64,000 bases of DNA, from the NCBI GenBank assembly GCA_012797845.1, contig JAAZOH010000004.1, positions 1,658 through 65,657 of the forward strand, given 5' to 3'. This DNA comes from Candidatus Beckwithbacteria bacterium. Its GTDB lineage: Bacteria > Patescibacteriota > Microgenomatia > UBA1400 > UBA1449. Below, one piece after another: positions 37,198 through 46,729 of the stretch (within the stretch, counting starts at the first letter, position 1; each line of letters begins with the position of its first letter). Below the pieces are notes generated by a model. It was not told where the DNA came from, made no database searches, and saw only the letters and a program-made list of their open reading frames with translations. Made by a program: the position numbers and the translations under genes.

Positions 37198-38883
37198 ATG
37201 GTTGGAAAACTATTTAAAACTGGTGGTCGATTTTTTTCTTCAAAACAAAACTCGATTTTATCAGCAGCCTTTATTTTAATGATGGCTGTGATGATTTCCC
37301 GAGTTTTAGGGTTGGTGCGAAACCGCTTATTGGCCGGAACTTTTTTTGGAGGACAGGAATGGCAACTGGATGCGTACTATGCAGCTTTTACCTTGCCTGA
37401 CATGATTTTTCAGTTGATTGTACTGGGAGCGCTATCTTCAGCTTTTATTCCGGTTTATAGCTCTTACTTAAAAAAAAATGAAGATGAAGCCTGGCAGATT
37501 TCTTATGGAGTGATTACTTTGGCTATTATTGGCTTTAGTCTTTTATCAATTGTTATTTTTATCTTTGCTTACCCTTTAAGTAGTTTGATTGCTCCCAATT
37601 TTCCATCTGAAAGTTTGCTTGTCATGACCAAACTAACTAGGGTGATGTTGTTAGCGCAATTGTTTTTTTTAGTCTCAAATTTTTTTACAGGAATTTTACA
37701 ATCACATCAAAGGTTTTTATTGCCGGCAATAGCACCAATCTTATATAACTTAGGCATTATTAGTGGCATTGTCTTACTGGCTCCACAATTTGGGATTTAT
37801 GGTCCGGCTATTGGAGTAGTTGTCGGAGCTTTATTACATTTGTTAGTACAGCTGCCATTGGTTAAAAAAATTGGTTTTGCCTATAAGCCAAGGCTAGGAC
37901 TTAATCTTAAGGGTGTAAGAAAAATTGGCAAATTGATGATTCCTCGGACTTTAGCTTTAGCAGTAAGCCAAATCGAAGCTGTATTAGCCGTTTTTTTAGG
38001 TTCGGCAATGGTGGCTGGTTCTATTAGTATTTTTAATTTTGCCCAATCAATTTATGCGCTACCAATAGGTTTGTTTGGTTTAACTATTGGCCAAGCGGCT
38101 TTCCCCATGCTTTCTAAAGAAACCGATGATGAATCTAATCTTATGCAATTTAAAAACTTGTTTTTATCTTCGTTTAAACAAATTTTGTATTTGACCTTAC
38201 CCTCTAGCGCATTGTTACTGGTTTTACGGGTACCTTTGGTCAGAATTGTAGTTGGAGCCAAAACTTTTCCCTGGGAAGCTACGCTTTTAACCAGCCAAGC
38301 GGTGGCTATTTTAGCCTTATCTGTTGCGGCCCAAGCAGTGATCCAACTTTTAGTCAGATCATTTTATGCGTTGCAAGACACCAAAACGCCTTTGTTCATT
38401 GGCATGGTTTCAGTTTTAACTAATGTAGTTTTGAGCTTTTATTTTGTTAACTCTTTAAAATTTGGAGTTATTGGTTTGGCTTTGTCATTTACTCTTGCAG
38501 GGATTTTTCAAGCCATTTTATTATTTAGCTTTTTAAATAAAAAAATACACTATTTACCTATAAGCGAATGGGGTTTGCCCATCTTTAAAATGCTCATTGC
38601 TACGGTTTTAACTGGTGTATCTTTATGGTTACCGATGCGATTACTAGACCGCTTTATTTTGGATACGACTAGAACTATCAATTTATTGGTTTTGACTGTA
38701 GTAGCTGGGGCGTGTGGATTTATCGTCTATCTTGTTTTTTCTAAAATTTTACAAATTAAAGAGCTGGATCAGTTTTTGAAGATTTTTGAAAAATTTGGAG
38801 CGTGGCGCAAAGTCTTTGATGAAAGTGAGGAAGTTTTAGCCGAGCCTTCAGCTATCTCCCAATCTGCTCCACTTCAAGAGTAA
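37198..38883 (+). CDS. murJ: Lipid II flippase MurJ (MviN).
   Basis: 14-TM MOP-superfamily protein with the N-terminal SAAFILMMAVMISRVLGLVRNRLLA region characteristic of MurJ. Confidence 0.85.
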   Translation: MVGKLFKTGGRFFSSKQNSILSAAFILMMAVMISRVLGLVRNRLLAGTFFGGQEWQLDAYYAAFTLPDMIFQLIVLGALSSAFIPVYSSYLKKNEDEAWQISYGVITLAIIGFSLLSIVIFIFAYPLSSLIAPNFPSESLLVMTKLTRVMLLAQLFFLVSNFFTGILQSHQRFLLPAIAPILYNLGIISGIVLLAPQFGIYGPAIGVVVGALLHLLVQLPLVKKIGFAYKPRLGLNLKGVRKIGKLMIPRTLALAVSQIEAVLAVFLGSAMVAGSISIFNFAQSIYALPIGLFGLTIGQAAFPMLSKETDDESNLMQFKNLFLSSFKQILYLTLPSSALLLVLRVPLVRIVVGAKTFPWEATLLTSQAVAILALSVAAQAVIQLLVRSFYALQDTKTPLFIGMVSVLTNVVLSFYFVNSLKFGVIGLALSFTLAGIFQAILLFSFLNKKIHYLPISEWGLPIFKMLIATVLTGVSLWLPMRLLDRFILDTTRTINLLVLTVVAGACGFIVYLVFSKILQIKELDQFLKIFEKFGAWRKVFDESEEVLAEPSAISQSAPLQE

Positions 38884-38903
38884 ATTGTATATAATATCAA
38901 GCT

Positions 38904-40685
38904 ATGAACCAAGACTTGATTCGTAATTTTTCGATTATTGCCCATATTGACCATGGTAAATCCACCTTGGCTGATCGGCTGTTGGAGGTCACTAAAACCG
39001 TTTCTGACCGGGAGATGCAGGAACAATTTTTAGATAGTAACCCGATTTCTCGTGAGCGGGGCATTACTATCAAGCTGGCTCCGGTGCGAATGAACTATCC
39101 ATACGATGGTAAAAATTACATTCTCAATTTGATTGATACGCCAGGGCACGTCGATTTTTCCTACGAAGTTTCCCGAGCCCTAGCTGCTTGTGAAGGAGCT
39201 ATTTTACTAGTTGATAGCGTGGCCGGAATTCAAGCACAGACTTTAACTGTTTACCGTCAAGCTAAAGCCCAAAATCTGACGATTATCCCAGTGTTGAACA
39301 AAATTGATTTGCCAGGTGCTCGAGTAGAAGAGGTTTCTCTGGATTTGGCTGAAGCTTTTGGCTTTGATCCAGATGAAGTGTTACAAATTTCAGCTAAAAG
39401 CGGTTTAGGTGTCGAACAACTCTTGCAAACTATTATTGCTAAAATTCCTTCTCCGATTGGTAATTCTGAAGCTGCTACCAAAACTTTGGTATTTGATTCC
39501 CGCTTTGATCAGCATCAGGGAGTAATTGCTGATGTGCGGGTTTTTAGTGGCACGATCAAAACCAATGAAAAATTAAAATTAATGGCCCAAGATCGTCAAT
39601 TTGGGGCTACTGAACTGGGTTTTTATCAGCCAAAATCCATGCCACAAAAGCAACTAGTAGCTGGGGAAGTTGGCTATATTTGTACTGGCCTTAAAAGCTT
39701 AAGTGAAGTTAAAGTTGGCGATACGATTACTGCTGCTTTTAATGGTAGTACTCAAGCTTTGCCAGGATATAAAGAACCAAAACCAATGGTCTTTTTAGGA
39801 TTGTATCCTACAGATAATGACGCCTTTAATGACTTGGCCGAAGGCTTGGAAAAGCTCCATCTTAATGATGCTTCTTTTGTTTATACACCTGATTTTTCAG
39901 GGAGTTTAGGGAAAGGTTTCCGAGTTGGTTTTGCCGGTCTTTTGCATGCCGAAATTGTGCAAGAACGCCTAGAACGGGAATTTGATCTTGATTTAATTGC
40001 CACTGTTCCCAATGTAGTTTATGAATATGAGCTACATGGACAACGCTATGAAATCCAATCGGCTCAGGATTTACCAGATCAGGTTGATAAGATTTTTGAA
40101 CCGTGGTTGACAGTTTCAGTCTTTACTCCAAAGCAGTATTTGGGTTCGATTATGGAGCTTTTTGACGAGCGCAGAGGGGTGTATAAAAATTTAAGCTATT
40201 TATCAGACGGAGTCCAGCTCCAGTATGAACTACCTATGGCTGAGCTAATTACTGATTTTTTTGACCGATTAAAATCTGTTTCGTCTGGTTATGCCAGCTT
40301 GGATTATGAGCTAATTGGACGACGGGAAGTTAGTGCAATTCGGCTTGATATTTTAATTCATTTTGAAAGAGTTGAAGCACTTTCTCAAATTGTGGTTAAG
40401 GATCAAGCTCAGCGAATTGGCCAACTCGTAGTTAAGAAACTGAAAAAAGCTATCCCTAGGCAAATGTTTGAAATTGCGATTCAGGCGGCTATTGGTGGGA
40501 CCGTCATTGCCCGAGAAACGGTTAAAGCTTTTCGTAAAGACGTCACAGCCAAGCTTTATGGTGGCGACGTAACTAGGCGCATGAAACTTTTGGAAAAACA
40601 GAAAAAAGGTAAAAAACGAATGAAACGATTTGGAAAAGTTAATTTACCTCAAGAAGTGTTTATGGCGGTGGTGAAACGGGATTGA
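38904..40685 (+). CDS. lepA: Elongation factor 4 (LepA).
   Basis: IRNFSIIAHIDHGKSTLADRLL G1 motif, DTPGHVDF and NKID G motifs, and the LepA-specific C-terminal domain. Confidence 0.95.
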   Translation: MNQDLIRNFSIIAHIDHGKSTLADRLLEVTKTVSDREMQEQFLDSNPISRERGITIKLAPVRMNYPYDGKNYILNLIDTPGHVDFSYEVSRALAACEGAILLVDSVAGIQAQTLTVYRQAKAQNLTIIPVLNKIDLPGARVEEVSLDLAEAFGFDPDEVLQISAKSGLGVEQLLQTIIAKIPSPIGNSEAATKTLVFDSRFDQHQGVIADVRVFSGTIKTNEKLKLMAQDRQFGATELGFYQPKSMPQKQLVAGEVGYICTGLKSLSEVKVGDTITAAFNGSTQALPGYKEPKPMVFLGLYPTDNDAFNDLAEGLEKLHLNDASFVYTPDFSGSLGKGFRVGFAGLLHAEIVQERLEREFDLDLIATVPNVVYEYELHGQRYEIQSAQDLPDQVDKIFEPWLTVSVFTPKQYLGSIMELFDERRGVYKNLSYLSDGVQLQYELPMAELITDFFDRLKSVSSGYASLDYELIGRREVSAIRLDILIHFERVEALSQIVVKDQAQRIGQLVVKKLKKAIPRQMFEIAIQAAIGGTVIARETVKAFRKDVTAKLYGGDVTRRMKLLEKQKKGKKRMKRFGKVNLPQEVFMAVVKRD

Positions 40686-41016
40686 TTTTATTTCTTCTTC
40701 AAGATTTAAATCTACTTCTTCGACTTGTAAAGAGTAATCACGTTTTTACTTTGCTCGTCCAAAGTGGCCTATTTCTTTGTGCCGCCAAAGAAATAGGCAA
40801 AAGAAAGCTCTCGCTTAGTTTAAAAAATATTCAGGAAAACTATTTTTCTCATTTTATGTCATCGAACTTGTCTTCTCAGAAAGACGTCAAACATTGCGAT
40901 GACATTTTTAAAGAATTCGAAAAACAATTTCTTGAGTATTTTTTAAAAAAGCGATTTATAAAAAATAAAACACAAATCTTGGAAATTGATAATTTGAAAA
41001 TTACTTTCAATTCCTC

Positions 41017-41045
41017 TTGACATCAATTAGCAGTCGTGATAATCT
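41017..41045 (+). promoter_or_regulatory. Candidate sigma-70-type promoter of hrcA-grpE-dnaK.
   Basis: Perfect TTGACA at 41017-41022. GATAAT/TAATCT -10 candidates at 41038-41045 with 15-17 nt spacing. It overlaps the CIRCE-like operator. Confidence 0.45.
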
Positions 41046-41053
41046 TCTGCTAA
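41027..41053 (+). promoter_or_regulatory. CIRCE-like HrcA operator.
   Basis: TTAGCAGTC-GTGATAATC-TTCTGCTAA compared with consensus TTAGCACTC-N9-GAGTGCTAA. It is 27 nt long, the left arm matches 8/9 and the right arm 6/9. It lies 60 nt upstream of the hrcA start. Confidence 0.45.
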
Positions 41054-41075
41054 ATAGCAAAGCTATCTACGGAGT

Positions 41076-41105
41076 GTTAAGTGTTGTTTTGCCCTAACAC
41101 TTAAC
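41076..41105 (+). promoter_or_regulatory. Perfect 10 bp inverted repeat in the hrcA 5' leader.
   Basis: GTTAAGTGTT-gttttgccct-AACACTTAAC, ending 8 nt before the hrcA ATG. Confidence 0.35.
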
Positions 41106-41112
41106 TACAATT

Positions 41113-41850
41113 ATGGAAATTCCTAGTTTGACTGATCGACAAATTCAAATTTTGAAACTAGTTATCGAGGAGCATATCGATACTGGTGAAGCAGTTGGTT
41201 CCGAGACTTTGGATAAAAAATTTAATTTGGGAGTTTCTCCAGCCACCATCCGCAATGAGATGGTTATCTTGACCCAGCAAGGCTTTTTGGATCAACCACA
41301 CACTTCTTCCGGTCGGGTGCCAACGCCAATAGCACTTAAGTTTTATATCCAACAACTGATGAATGAAAAAGATTTATCAGTGTCTGAAGAAGTAGAGGTC
41401 AAATCAAAAATCTGGGATTATCGTAATGAAGCTGGTCGATTATTGCGGGAAGCTGTCCATATTCTTTCGCAAAAGACCAATGCCATTGCCATTGCCACTA
41501 CTGACCACGGTGATGTTTTTCATGCTGGTTATGCCAATATTTTAGACATTCCGGAATTTTTTGATATTGATGTCACCAAAACTGTTTTATCAATTTTGGA
41601 TAATGGCGAACAATTACAAGTCATTTTTGAAAAATCCCGAGGCGAGGATCCAATCCATATTTTACTGGGTGATGATTTTGAAATTGAATACATGCAACCT
41701 TGCGGCATCGTTTACACTAAATTTCCAATGGGCTCATATGGACAGGGCACTTTAGGAATTATCGGTCCGTCACGGCTTAACTATGCATACATTATTCCGA
41801 TGATGCGTTACTTTGGCCGCTTAATCAGTGAAGTGACAAAAGATTGGTAA
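41113..41850 (+). CDS. hrcA: Heat-inducible transcription repressor HrcA (short form).
   Basis: N-terminal winged-helix LTDRQIQILKLVIEEHIDTGEAVGSETL...GVSPATIRNEM is the HrcA signature. It is followed directly by grpE and dnaK. Confidence 0.85.
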   Translation: MEIPSLTDRQIQILKLVIEEHIDTGEAVGSETLDKKFNLGVSPATIRNEMVILTQQGFLDQPHTSSGRVPTPIALKFYIQQLMNEKDLSVSEEVEVKSKIWDYRNEAGRLLREAVHILSQKTNAIAIATTDHGDVFHAGYANILDIPEFFDIDVTKTVLSILDNGEQLQVIFEKSRGEDPIHILLGDDFEIEYMQPCGIVYTKFPMGSYGQGTLGIIGPSRLNYAYIIPMMRYFGRLISEVTKDW

Positions 41851-41856
41851 TTTTAT

Positions 41857-42318
41857 ATGGCAAAAAAAGATAAAACTGCACAAAATCCGGACCAAATCAA
41901 AATCGCTCAATTAGAACAGGATTTGGAAGCAATGAAGCAAAAGTTGTTGCGCTGTTTGGCAGATTATCAAAATCTGGAAAAACGTTTAGAAAAAGAAAAA
42001 CAAGATTGGATCAAATTTGCCAACACCGATTTGCTGCTGCGGATTTTGCCAATAGCAGACGATTTGGATAGAGCAGCCAATTTTATCAAAGATCCAGGAC
42101 TAGATATGGTTCGCAGTAATTTAAAAACTATGTTGGCTGAAGTTGGTGTAGAAGAAATTCAGGCTCAAGATCAGGAATTTGATCCGCAATGTATGGAATG
42201 TGTGGAACAAACAGATGGCCCAACTAACCAAGTGATGAGCATTTCTAGTAAAGGTTATGTACTTCATGGCAAAGTGTTGCGGCCAGCTAAAGTAGTAGTA
42301 GGAATTGCTAAAAAGTAA
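41857..42318 (+). CDS. grpE: Nucleotide exchange factor GrpE.
   Basis: Coiled-coil N-terminus (LRCLADYQNLEKR) and the C-terminal GrpE beta-domain (HGKVLRPAKVVV). Confidence 0.85.
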   Translation: MAKKDKTAQNPDQIKIAQLEQDLEAMKQKLLRCLADYQNLEKRLEKEKQDWIKFANTDLLLRILPIADDLDRAANFIKDPGLDMVRSNLKTMLAEVGVEEIQAQDQEFDPQCMECVEQTDGPTNQVMSISSKGYVLHGKVLRPAKVVVGIAKK

Positions 42319-42383
42319 TTTTTACCAAATTTAATTTTAAAAAAACATTAATAACAATTTAATTATTTTATAAAGGAGGCCTT

Positions 42384-44336
42384 ATGGCAGACAATTCAAA
42401 AATTATCGGTATAGATCTGGGAACCACCAACTCCTGTGTGGCTATTATGGAAGGTGGCAAAGCCAAAGTTATTCCTTCAGCTGAAGGGAATAATACTATT
42501 CCTTCTATCGTTGAACCAGATAAAAATCTGGTGGGAGAAGTGGCTAAACGCCAAATGGTATTAAACCCGGAAAATACTATTTATAGTGTTAAACGCTTAA
42601 TGGGTCGCAAAATTTCAGATAGCGAAGTTGAAAAAACCAAAAAAATGGTGCCTTACAAAATTGTTGAAGGTAAAAACGGTTCAGCCGCTGTTGAGGTAGC
42701 TGGTAAAAGTTATACTCCTCAAGAAATTTCGGCCAAAATTTTAGCTAAAATTAAAGCTGATGCTGAAGCCTACCTTGGCGAAAGTGTGGACAAAGCCGTC
42801 ATTACTGTCCCGGCTTATTTTAATGACAGTCAGCGACAAGCCACTAAACAAGCCGGTGAAATTGCTGGTCTAAAAGTTGAACGGATTATCAATGAACCAA
42901 CCGCAGCTGCGCTGGCTTATGGTAGCGAGAAAAACAAATCAGAAAAAATCGCAGTTTATGATCTCGGTGGTGGGACCTTTGATATTTCTATTCTGGAACT
43001 AGGTGACAACGTCTATGAAGTCAAATCTACCAATGGTGATACTCACTTGGGTGGGGATGATTTTGACCAGAAAATTATCGAATGGGTAGTGACTGAGTTT
43101 AAGAAAGAAAATGGTATTGATTTGTCAGCTGACAAACAAGCTCTGCAGCGGATTAAAGATGCCGCAGAAAAAGCTAAAAAAGAGCTGTCATCTTCAGCTG
43201 AAACTGAGATTAACCAACCCTTTATTACTCAAAGTAAAGACGGTCAACCGCTGCATCTGACTATGAAGTTGACCCGAGCTAAACTAGAACAGCTAGTTGA
43301 TGATCTTATTCAAGCAACTATCGAGCCATGTAAAAAGGCTTTGAAAGATGCCAAATTAGAAACCAAAGATATTAACGAAGTTATCTTAGTTGGTGGTCAG
43401 ACCCGAATGCCCAAAGTTCAGGAAGCGGTTAAAGATTTCTTTGGCAAAGAGCCCAATAAATCAGTCAATCCTGATGAAGTTGTGGCCGTAGGTGCGGCTA
43501 TCCAAGCTGGAGTTTTGATGGGCGATGTCAAAGACGTTTTGCTCCTAGATGTGACCCCATTAACTCTGGGCATTGAAACTTTGGGTGGAGTGATGACGCC
43601 AATGATTGAGCGCAACACTACGGTGCCAAACTCAAAATCTCAAGTCTACTCAACGGCCGCTGACAGTCAAACCCAAGTTGAGATTCATGTGCTCCAGGGT
43701 GAGCGACCTATGGCAGCTGACAATAAATCTCTCGGTAGATTTGTACTGGATGGTATTCCGGCAGCTCCCCGTGGTGTCCCTCAAATCGAGGTCACCTTTG
43801 AGCTGGATGCTAATGGGATTTTAAATGTGACCGCTAAGGATAAAGCTACCAACAAAGAGCAAAAAATTACGATCAAAGGCTCGACCGAGCTTTCTGATGA
43901 AGAAGTGGAGAAGATGCGTAAAGAAGCTGAATCTCATGCTGAGGAAGATAAACTTAAGAAAGAACGGATTGAAGTCCGCAACCAAGCTGACAACCTCGTC
44001 TTTACAGCTGAAAAGACGCTTAAAGATGCCGGTGATAAAGCCAAAGCTGAGGATAAAAAGGCTGTGGAAGAAGCTGTCGAAGATCTGAAAAAAGCTATTG
44101 AAAAAGATGACTTCAACAAAGAAGATGTGGAAGCTAAATCCAAAGTCCTTTCTGAAGCTTTGCAAAAAGTTGGAGCTGCTATGTATGAGCAGCAACAAGC
44201 TGCAGGTGGTCAAACCGGAGAAGCAACTCCTGAAGGCGAAGAAAAAACTGAGGGTAATGGCAAAGCTAAAGATCAGGATCAAGGCAAAACCAAGGCTGAT
44301 GGGGACGTAGAAGAGGGCGAAGTGGTAAATGAGTAG
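42384..44336 (+). CDS. dnaK: Chaperone DnaK (Hsp70).
   Basis: [21 protein letters not shown], the full ATPase and substrate-binding domains, and an EEVD-less acidic tail. Confidence 0.97.
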   Translation: MADNSKIIGIDLGTTNSCVAIMEGGKAKVIPSAEGNNTIPSIVEPDKNLVGEVAKRQMVLNPENTIYSVKRLMGRKISDSEVEKTKKMVPYKIVEGKNGSAAVEVAGKSYTPQEISAKILAKIKADAEAYLGESVDKAVITVPAYFNDSQRQATKQAGEIAGLKVERIINEPTAAALAYGSEKNKSEKIAVYDLGGGTFDISILELGDNVYEVKSTNGDTHLGGDDFDQKIIEWVVTEFKKENGIDLSADKQALQRIKDAAEKAKKELSSSAETEINQPFITQSKDGQPLHLTMKLTRAKLEQLVDDLIQATIEPCKKALKDAKLETKDINEVILVGGQTRMPKVQEAVKDFFGKEPNKSVNPDEVVAVGAAIQAGVLMGDVKDVLLLDVTPLTLGIETLGGVMTPMIERNTTVPNSKSQVYSTAADSQTQVEIHVLQGERPMAADNKSLGRFVLDGIPAAPRGVPQIEVTFELDANGILNVTAKDKATNKEQKITIKGSTELSDEEVEKMRKEAESHAEEDKLKKERIEVRNQADNLVFTAEKTLKDAGDKAKAEDKKAVEEAVEDLKKAIEKDDFNKEDVEAKSKVLSEALQKVGAAMYEQQQAAGGQTGEATPEGEEKTEGNGKAKDQDQGKTKADGDVEEGEVVNE

Positions 44337-44340
44337 AGTT

Positions 44341-44396
44341 AGTATTTAGTATCAAGTATTGAGTATTTAGTATGGGGCGGGCTGAAAGCCCGCCCC
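44341..44396 (+). terminator. Heptamer tandem repeats plus a GC-rich perfect hairpin after dnaK.
   Basis: (NNAGTAT)x4.7 at 44341-44373, then GGGGCGGGC-tgaaa-GCCCGCCCC (9 bp perfect stem) at 44374-44396. There is no strong T-run. It may be a terminator or attenuator between dnaK and the inserted GNAT gene. Confidence 0.4.
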
Positions 44397-44405
44397 TACA
44401 GGTTC

Positions 44406-44867
44406 ATGATAATAAAGTATTTGGATTATACTGACAAACAAATTCATTTTGAGCAAATACATCAATTACTTAAAAATGAAGAAGGCCATATTTTTATTTT
44501 TTCTTTAGATAAAATAAAAAAAATTATTCAAAATAAGAATGCGATAATTGCAATCGATAAAGAAAGAGTAATTGGTTTTGTGAAATTCTATAAGAAAATG
44601 AGTGATAAAATTTTATTTAGAAATATTTGGCAGTGTGGTTCTTTAGTAGTCCACCCAGATTATCGTAACAGAGGAATTGGTAAACAGTTGATAAAAAAAT
44701 TATTAGATAAAATTGCATTAAATGATTTACCAATTGCTGTAGTTAGAAAAACAAATATTAATTCAGAGAATTTTTTTAGAAAAATTGGAGCAATAGAGGC
44801 AATAAATGCTAAAACTTCCAAAGAAACTTTTTATTTTTTTGATTTAACTAATATAAGAAATATCTAA
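44406..44867 (+). CDS. GNAT-family N-acetyltransferase (very AT-rich; inserted between dnaK and dnaJ).
   Basis: HPDYRNRGIGKQLIKKLL is the GNAT motif A (Q/R-x-x-G-x-G/A). Confidence 0.65.
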   Translation: MIIKYLDYTDKQIHFEQIHQLLKNEEGHIFIFSLDKIKKIIQNKNAIIAIDKERVIGFVKFYKKMSDKILFRNIWQCGSLVVHPDYRNRGIGKQLIKKLLDKIALNDLPIAVVRKTNINSENFFRKIGAIEAINAKTSKETFYFFDLTNIRNI

Positions 44868-44870
44868 CTT

Positions 44871-45722
44871 ATGACCACAAAACGAGATTTTTACGAAGTA
44901 CTAGGTGTATCCAAAACAGCCTCAGCAGATGAGATCAAAAAGGCTTATCGTAAGCTGGCTCTGGAGTACCATCCGGATCGCAATAAAGAAGCAGATGCAG
45001 CGGAAAAATTTAAAGAAATAAATGAAGCTTACGAAGTAATTTCCAATGAGCAAAAGCGCAAGCAGTACGACCAGTTTGGTCATGCGGCTTTTGATCCCTC
45101 GTCTGGTTTTGGTGGCTTTCAAGGTGGAAGGACGTATCAATCCGGACCATTTTCTTACACCTATTCTTCCAATGCTGGTGATGGCAACTTTGACTTTGGT
45201 GGCTTTTCCGATCCCTTTGAAATTTTTGAGCAGTTTTTTGGTGGCGGTTTTCGCCGTGCCCAAGCCAAACCTCGCTACAGCCTTAAGATTAGTTTTATGG
45301 AAGCTATGAAAGGCACTGAGCGCAAATTGGTACATCAAGGTAAAGAGCATGTGATCAAAATTCCGGCTGGAGTGGATGATGGCACCCGAATTCGCTTTAA
45401 TGATTTTGATGTCACCATTGATGTTCAATCTCATGAGACGTTTAAGCGGGAAGGTTATGATATTTTTGTAGACCACGAAATTCTTTTTACTCAAGCTACA
45501 TTGGGTGGGAAAACCACTATTCCTACGGTTGACGGTGATTTAGTTATTAAAATCAGACCTGGAACTCAACCAAGTACTATGGTTCGATTGCGGGGCAAAG
45601 GTGTGCCCAGGCTTCGTGGTGGTGGTCGGGGAGATGAATATATTCGGCTTGTTGTCAAAGTCCCCGAAAGACTTAGCCGCGAACAAAAGAGACTTTTCGA
45701 AGAGTTGGAAAAAACTTTATAA
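44871..45722 (+). CDS. dnaJ: J-domain co-chaperone (DnaJ/CbpA-type, no CxxCxGxG zinc finger).
   Basis: DFYEVLGV...[14 protein letters not shown]-domain with an HPD tripeptide, a G/F-rich region, and C-terminal DnaJ CTD I/II. Zinc-finger repeats are absent. Confidence 0.8.
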   Translation: MTTKRDFYEVLGVSKTASADEIKKAYRKLALEYHPDRNKEADAAEKFKEINEAYEVISNEQKRKQYDQFGHAAFDPSSGFGGFQGGRTYQSGPFSYTYSSNAGDGNFDFGGFSDPFEIFEQFFGGGFRRAQAKPRYSLKISFMEAMKGTERKLVHQGKEHVIKIPAGVDDGTRIRFNDFDVTIDVQSHETFKREGYDIFVDHEILFTQATLGGKTTIPTVDGDLVIKIRPGTQPSTMVRLRGKGVPRLRGGGRGDEYIRLVVKVPERLSREQKRLFEELEKTL

Positions 45723-45731
45723 ATTGTTTTT

Positions 45732-46217
45732 TTGTTAAAAATGAATGTACATATTCGTTTTGCCAAACCTTCTGATTGGCAGGTCATCCAAAAACTTAAT
45801 GATGAGGTGATGAAGGATAATGCCCAGTACGATCCCCATCTAAAAACAAATTATGCTTATAGCAAAATAGGTGAAAAATACTACAAAGATATTGTTAGTA
45901 ACCAAGAATTTTGTTGTTTTATTGCCGAACTTGATAGTATTCCAGTGGGTTATTTAGTAGCTGAAGATATGTCACTTGATTATAAATGTGATTATAAAAC
46001 CAGACCAATTGCGGAAATTTATGATATGGGTGTAACTAGTAAATACCGATCACAAGGTGTTGGATCCCAACTGATTGCAGATTTCAAGAATTGGTGCAAA
46101 GAAAAAGGGATTGAACTTTGGCGAGTTAATGTGTATGTCCAAAACGAGAGAGCTAGAAAATTTTATGAAAAGCATGGTTTAAAACCACTTGATATTTCTT
46201 TTGAGGGTGAAGTGTAG
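45732..46217 (+). CDS. GNAT-family N-acetyltransferase.
   Basis: YDMGVTSKYRSQGVGSQLIADF (motif A) and the KFYEKHGL C-terminal motif B. Confidence 0.6.
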   Translation: MLKMNVHIRFAKPSDWQVIQKLNDEVMKDNAQYDPHLKTNYAYSKIGEKYYKDIVSNQEFCCFIAELDSIPVGYLVAEDMSLDYKCDYKTRPIAEIYDMGVTSKYRSQGVGSQLIADFKNWCKEKGIELWRVNVYVQNERARKFYEKHGLKPLDISFEGEV

Positions 46218-46238
46218 TTACTCTTAATATCTTTGATT

Positions 46239-46311
46239 GTGTCATGTTGAGCAAAGCGAAACATCTTAAAGTTGCAAAAAGATCCTTTGAGCTTTGCTCT
46301 CAGGATGACAC
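46239..46311. repeat. Palindromic repeat family, copy H1 (hairpin).
   Basis: GTGTCATGTTGAGCAAAGCGAAACATCT-taaagttgcaaaa-AGATCCTTTGAGCTTTGCTCTCAGGATGACAC. The arms are mutually complementary. Confidence 0.7.
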
Positions 46312-46337
46312 CATAGAGTATAGATAGAATTTGAAAT

Positions 46338-46700
46338 GTGTCATTCTGAGTGAAGCGAAGAATCTTTGCTATGTTAACAAAAGAATATTTTGTTTATATT
46401 TTAACCAATTATACCAATACGACTTTATATATAGGTGTCACAGATAATCTTAAAAGAAGAATATATGAACATAAAAATGATTTAGTAGAAGGATTTTCAA
46501 AAAATATAAACTACATAAATTAGTCTATTTTGAAACGTTTAATGATATTACAATAGCAATACAAAGAGAAAGATATTTAAAAGGCAAAACGAGAAATTTT
46601 AAAGATACTTTGATTCAAAAAACAAATCCGAAATTTGAAGATTTATTTAATAAACTAGATTAAAGATCCTTCTCTTGCTAAGATGGGACCAGGATGACAC
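46338..46700 (+). mobile_element. Palindromic repeat copy H2 carrying a GIY-YIG nuclease gene in its loop (candidate autonomous element).
   Basis: Left arm GTGTCATTCTGAGTGAAGCGAAGAATCTTTGCT ends at the ORF ATG. The right arm AGATCCTTCTCTTGCTAAGATGGGACCAGGATGACAC starts right after the ORF stop. The inner and outer inverted-repeat words are the same as in the short hairpin copies. Confidence 0.6.
46371..46663 (+). pseudogene. YhbQ/UPF0213-type GIY-YIG nuclease gene, disrupted by a -1 frameshift in an A6 tract.
   Basis: Frame 1 reads MLTKEYFVYILTNYTNTTLYIGVTDNLKRRIYEHKNDLVEGFSKNINYIN*. This carries GIY-YIG motifs (YFVYIL, LYIGVT) and the conserved Arg and Glu-His. The offset frame continues KLVYFETFNDITIAIQRERYLKGKTRNFKDTLIQ... 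to 46663. One extra A in the run at 46499-46504 would restore GFSKKYKLHKLVYFE, which matches the family consensus. Confidence 0.65.
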
Positions 46701-46729
46701 TAACTATAAGAATGGTTAAAGTGCAGACT

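Noticed and set aside
43418-44310. Multiple short ORFs on both strands within the 3' third of dnaK.
   Set aside because: These are shadow ORFs produced by the Lys/Glu-rich repetitive C-terminal region of DnaK. None has independent start signals.
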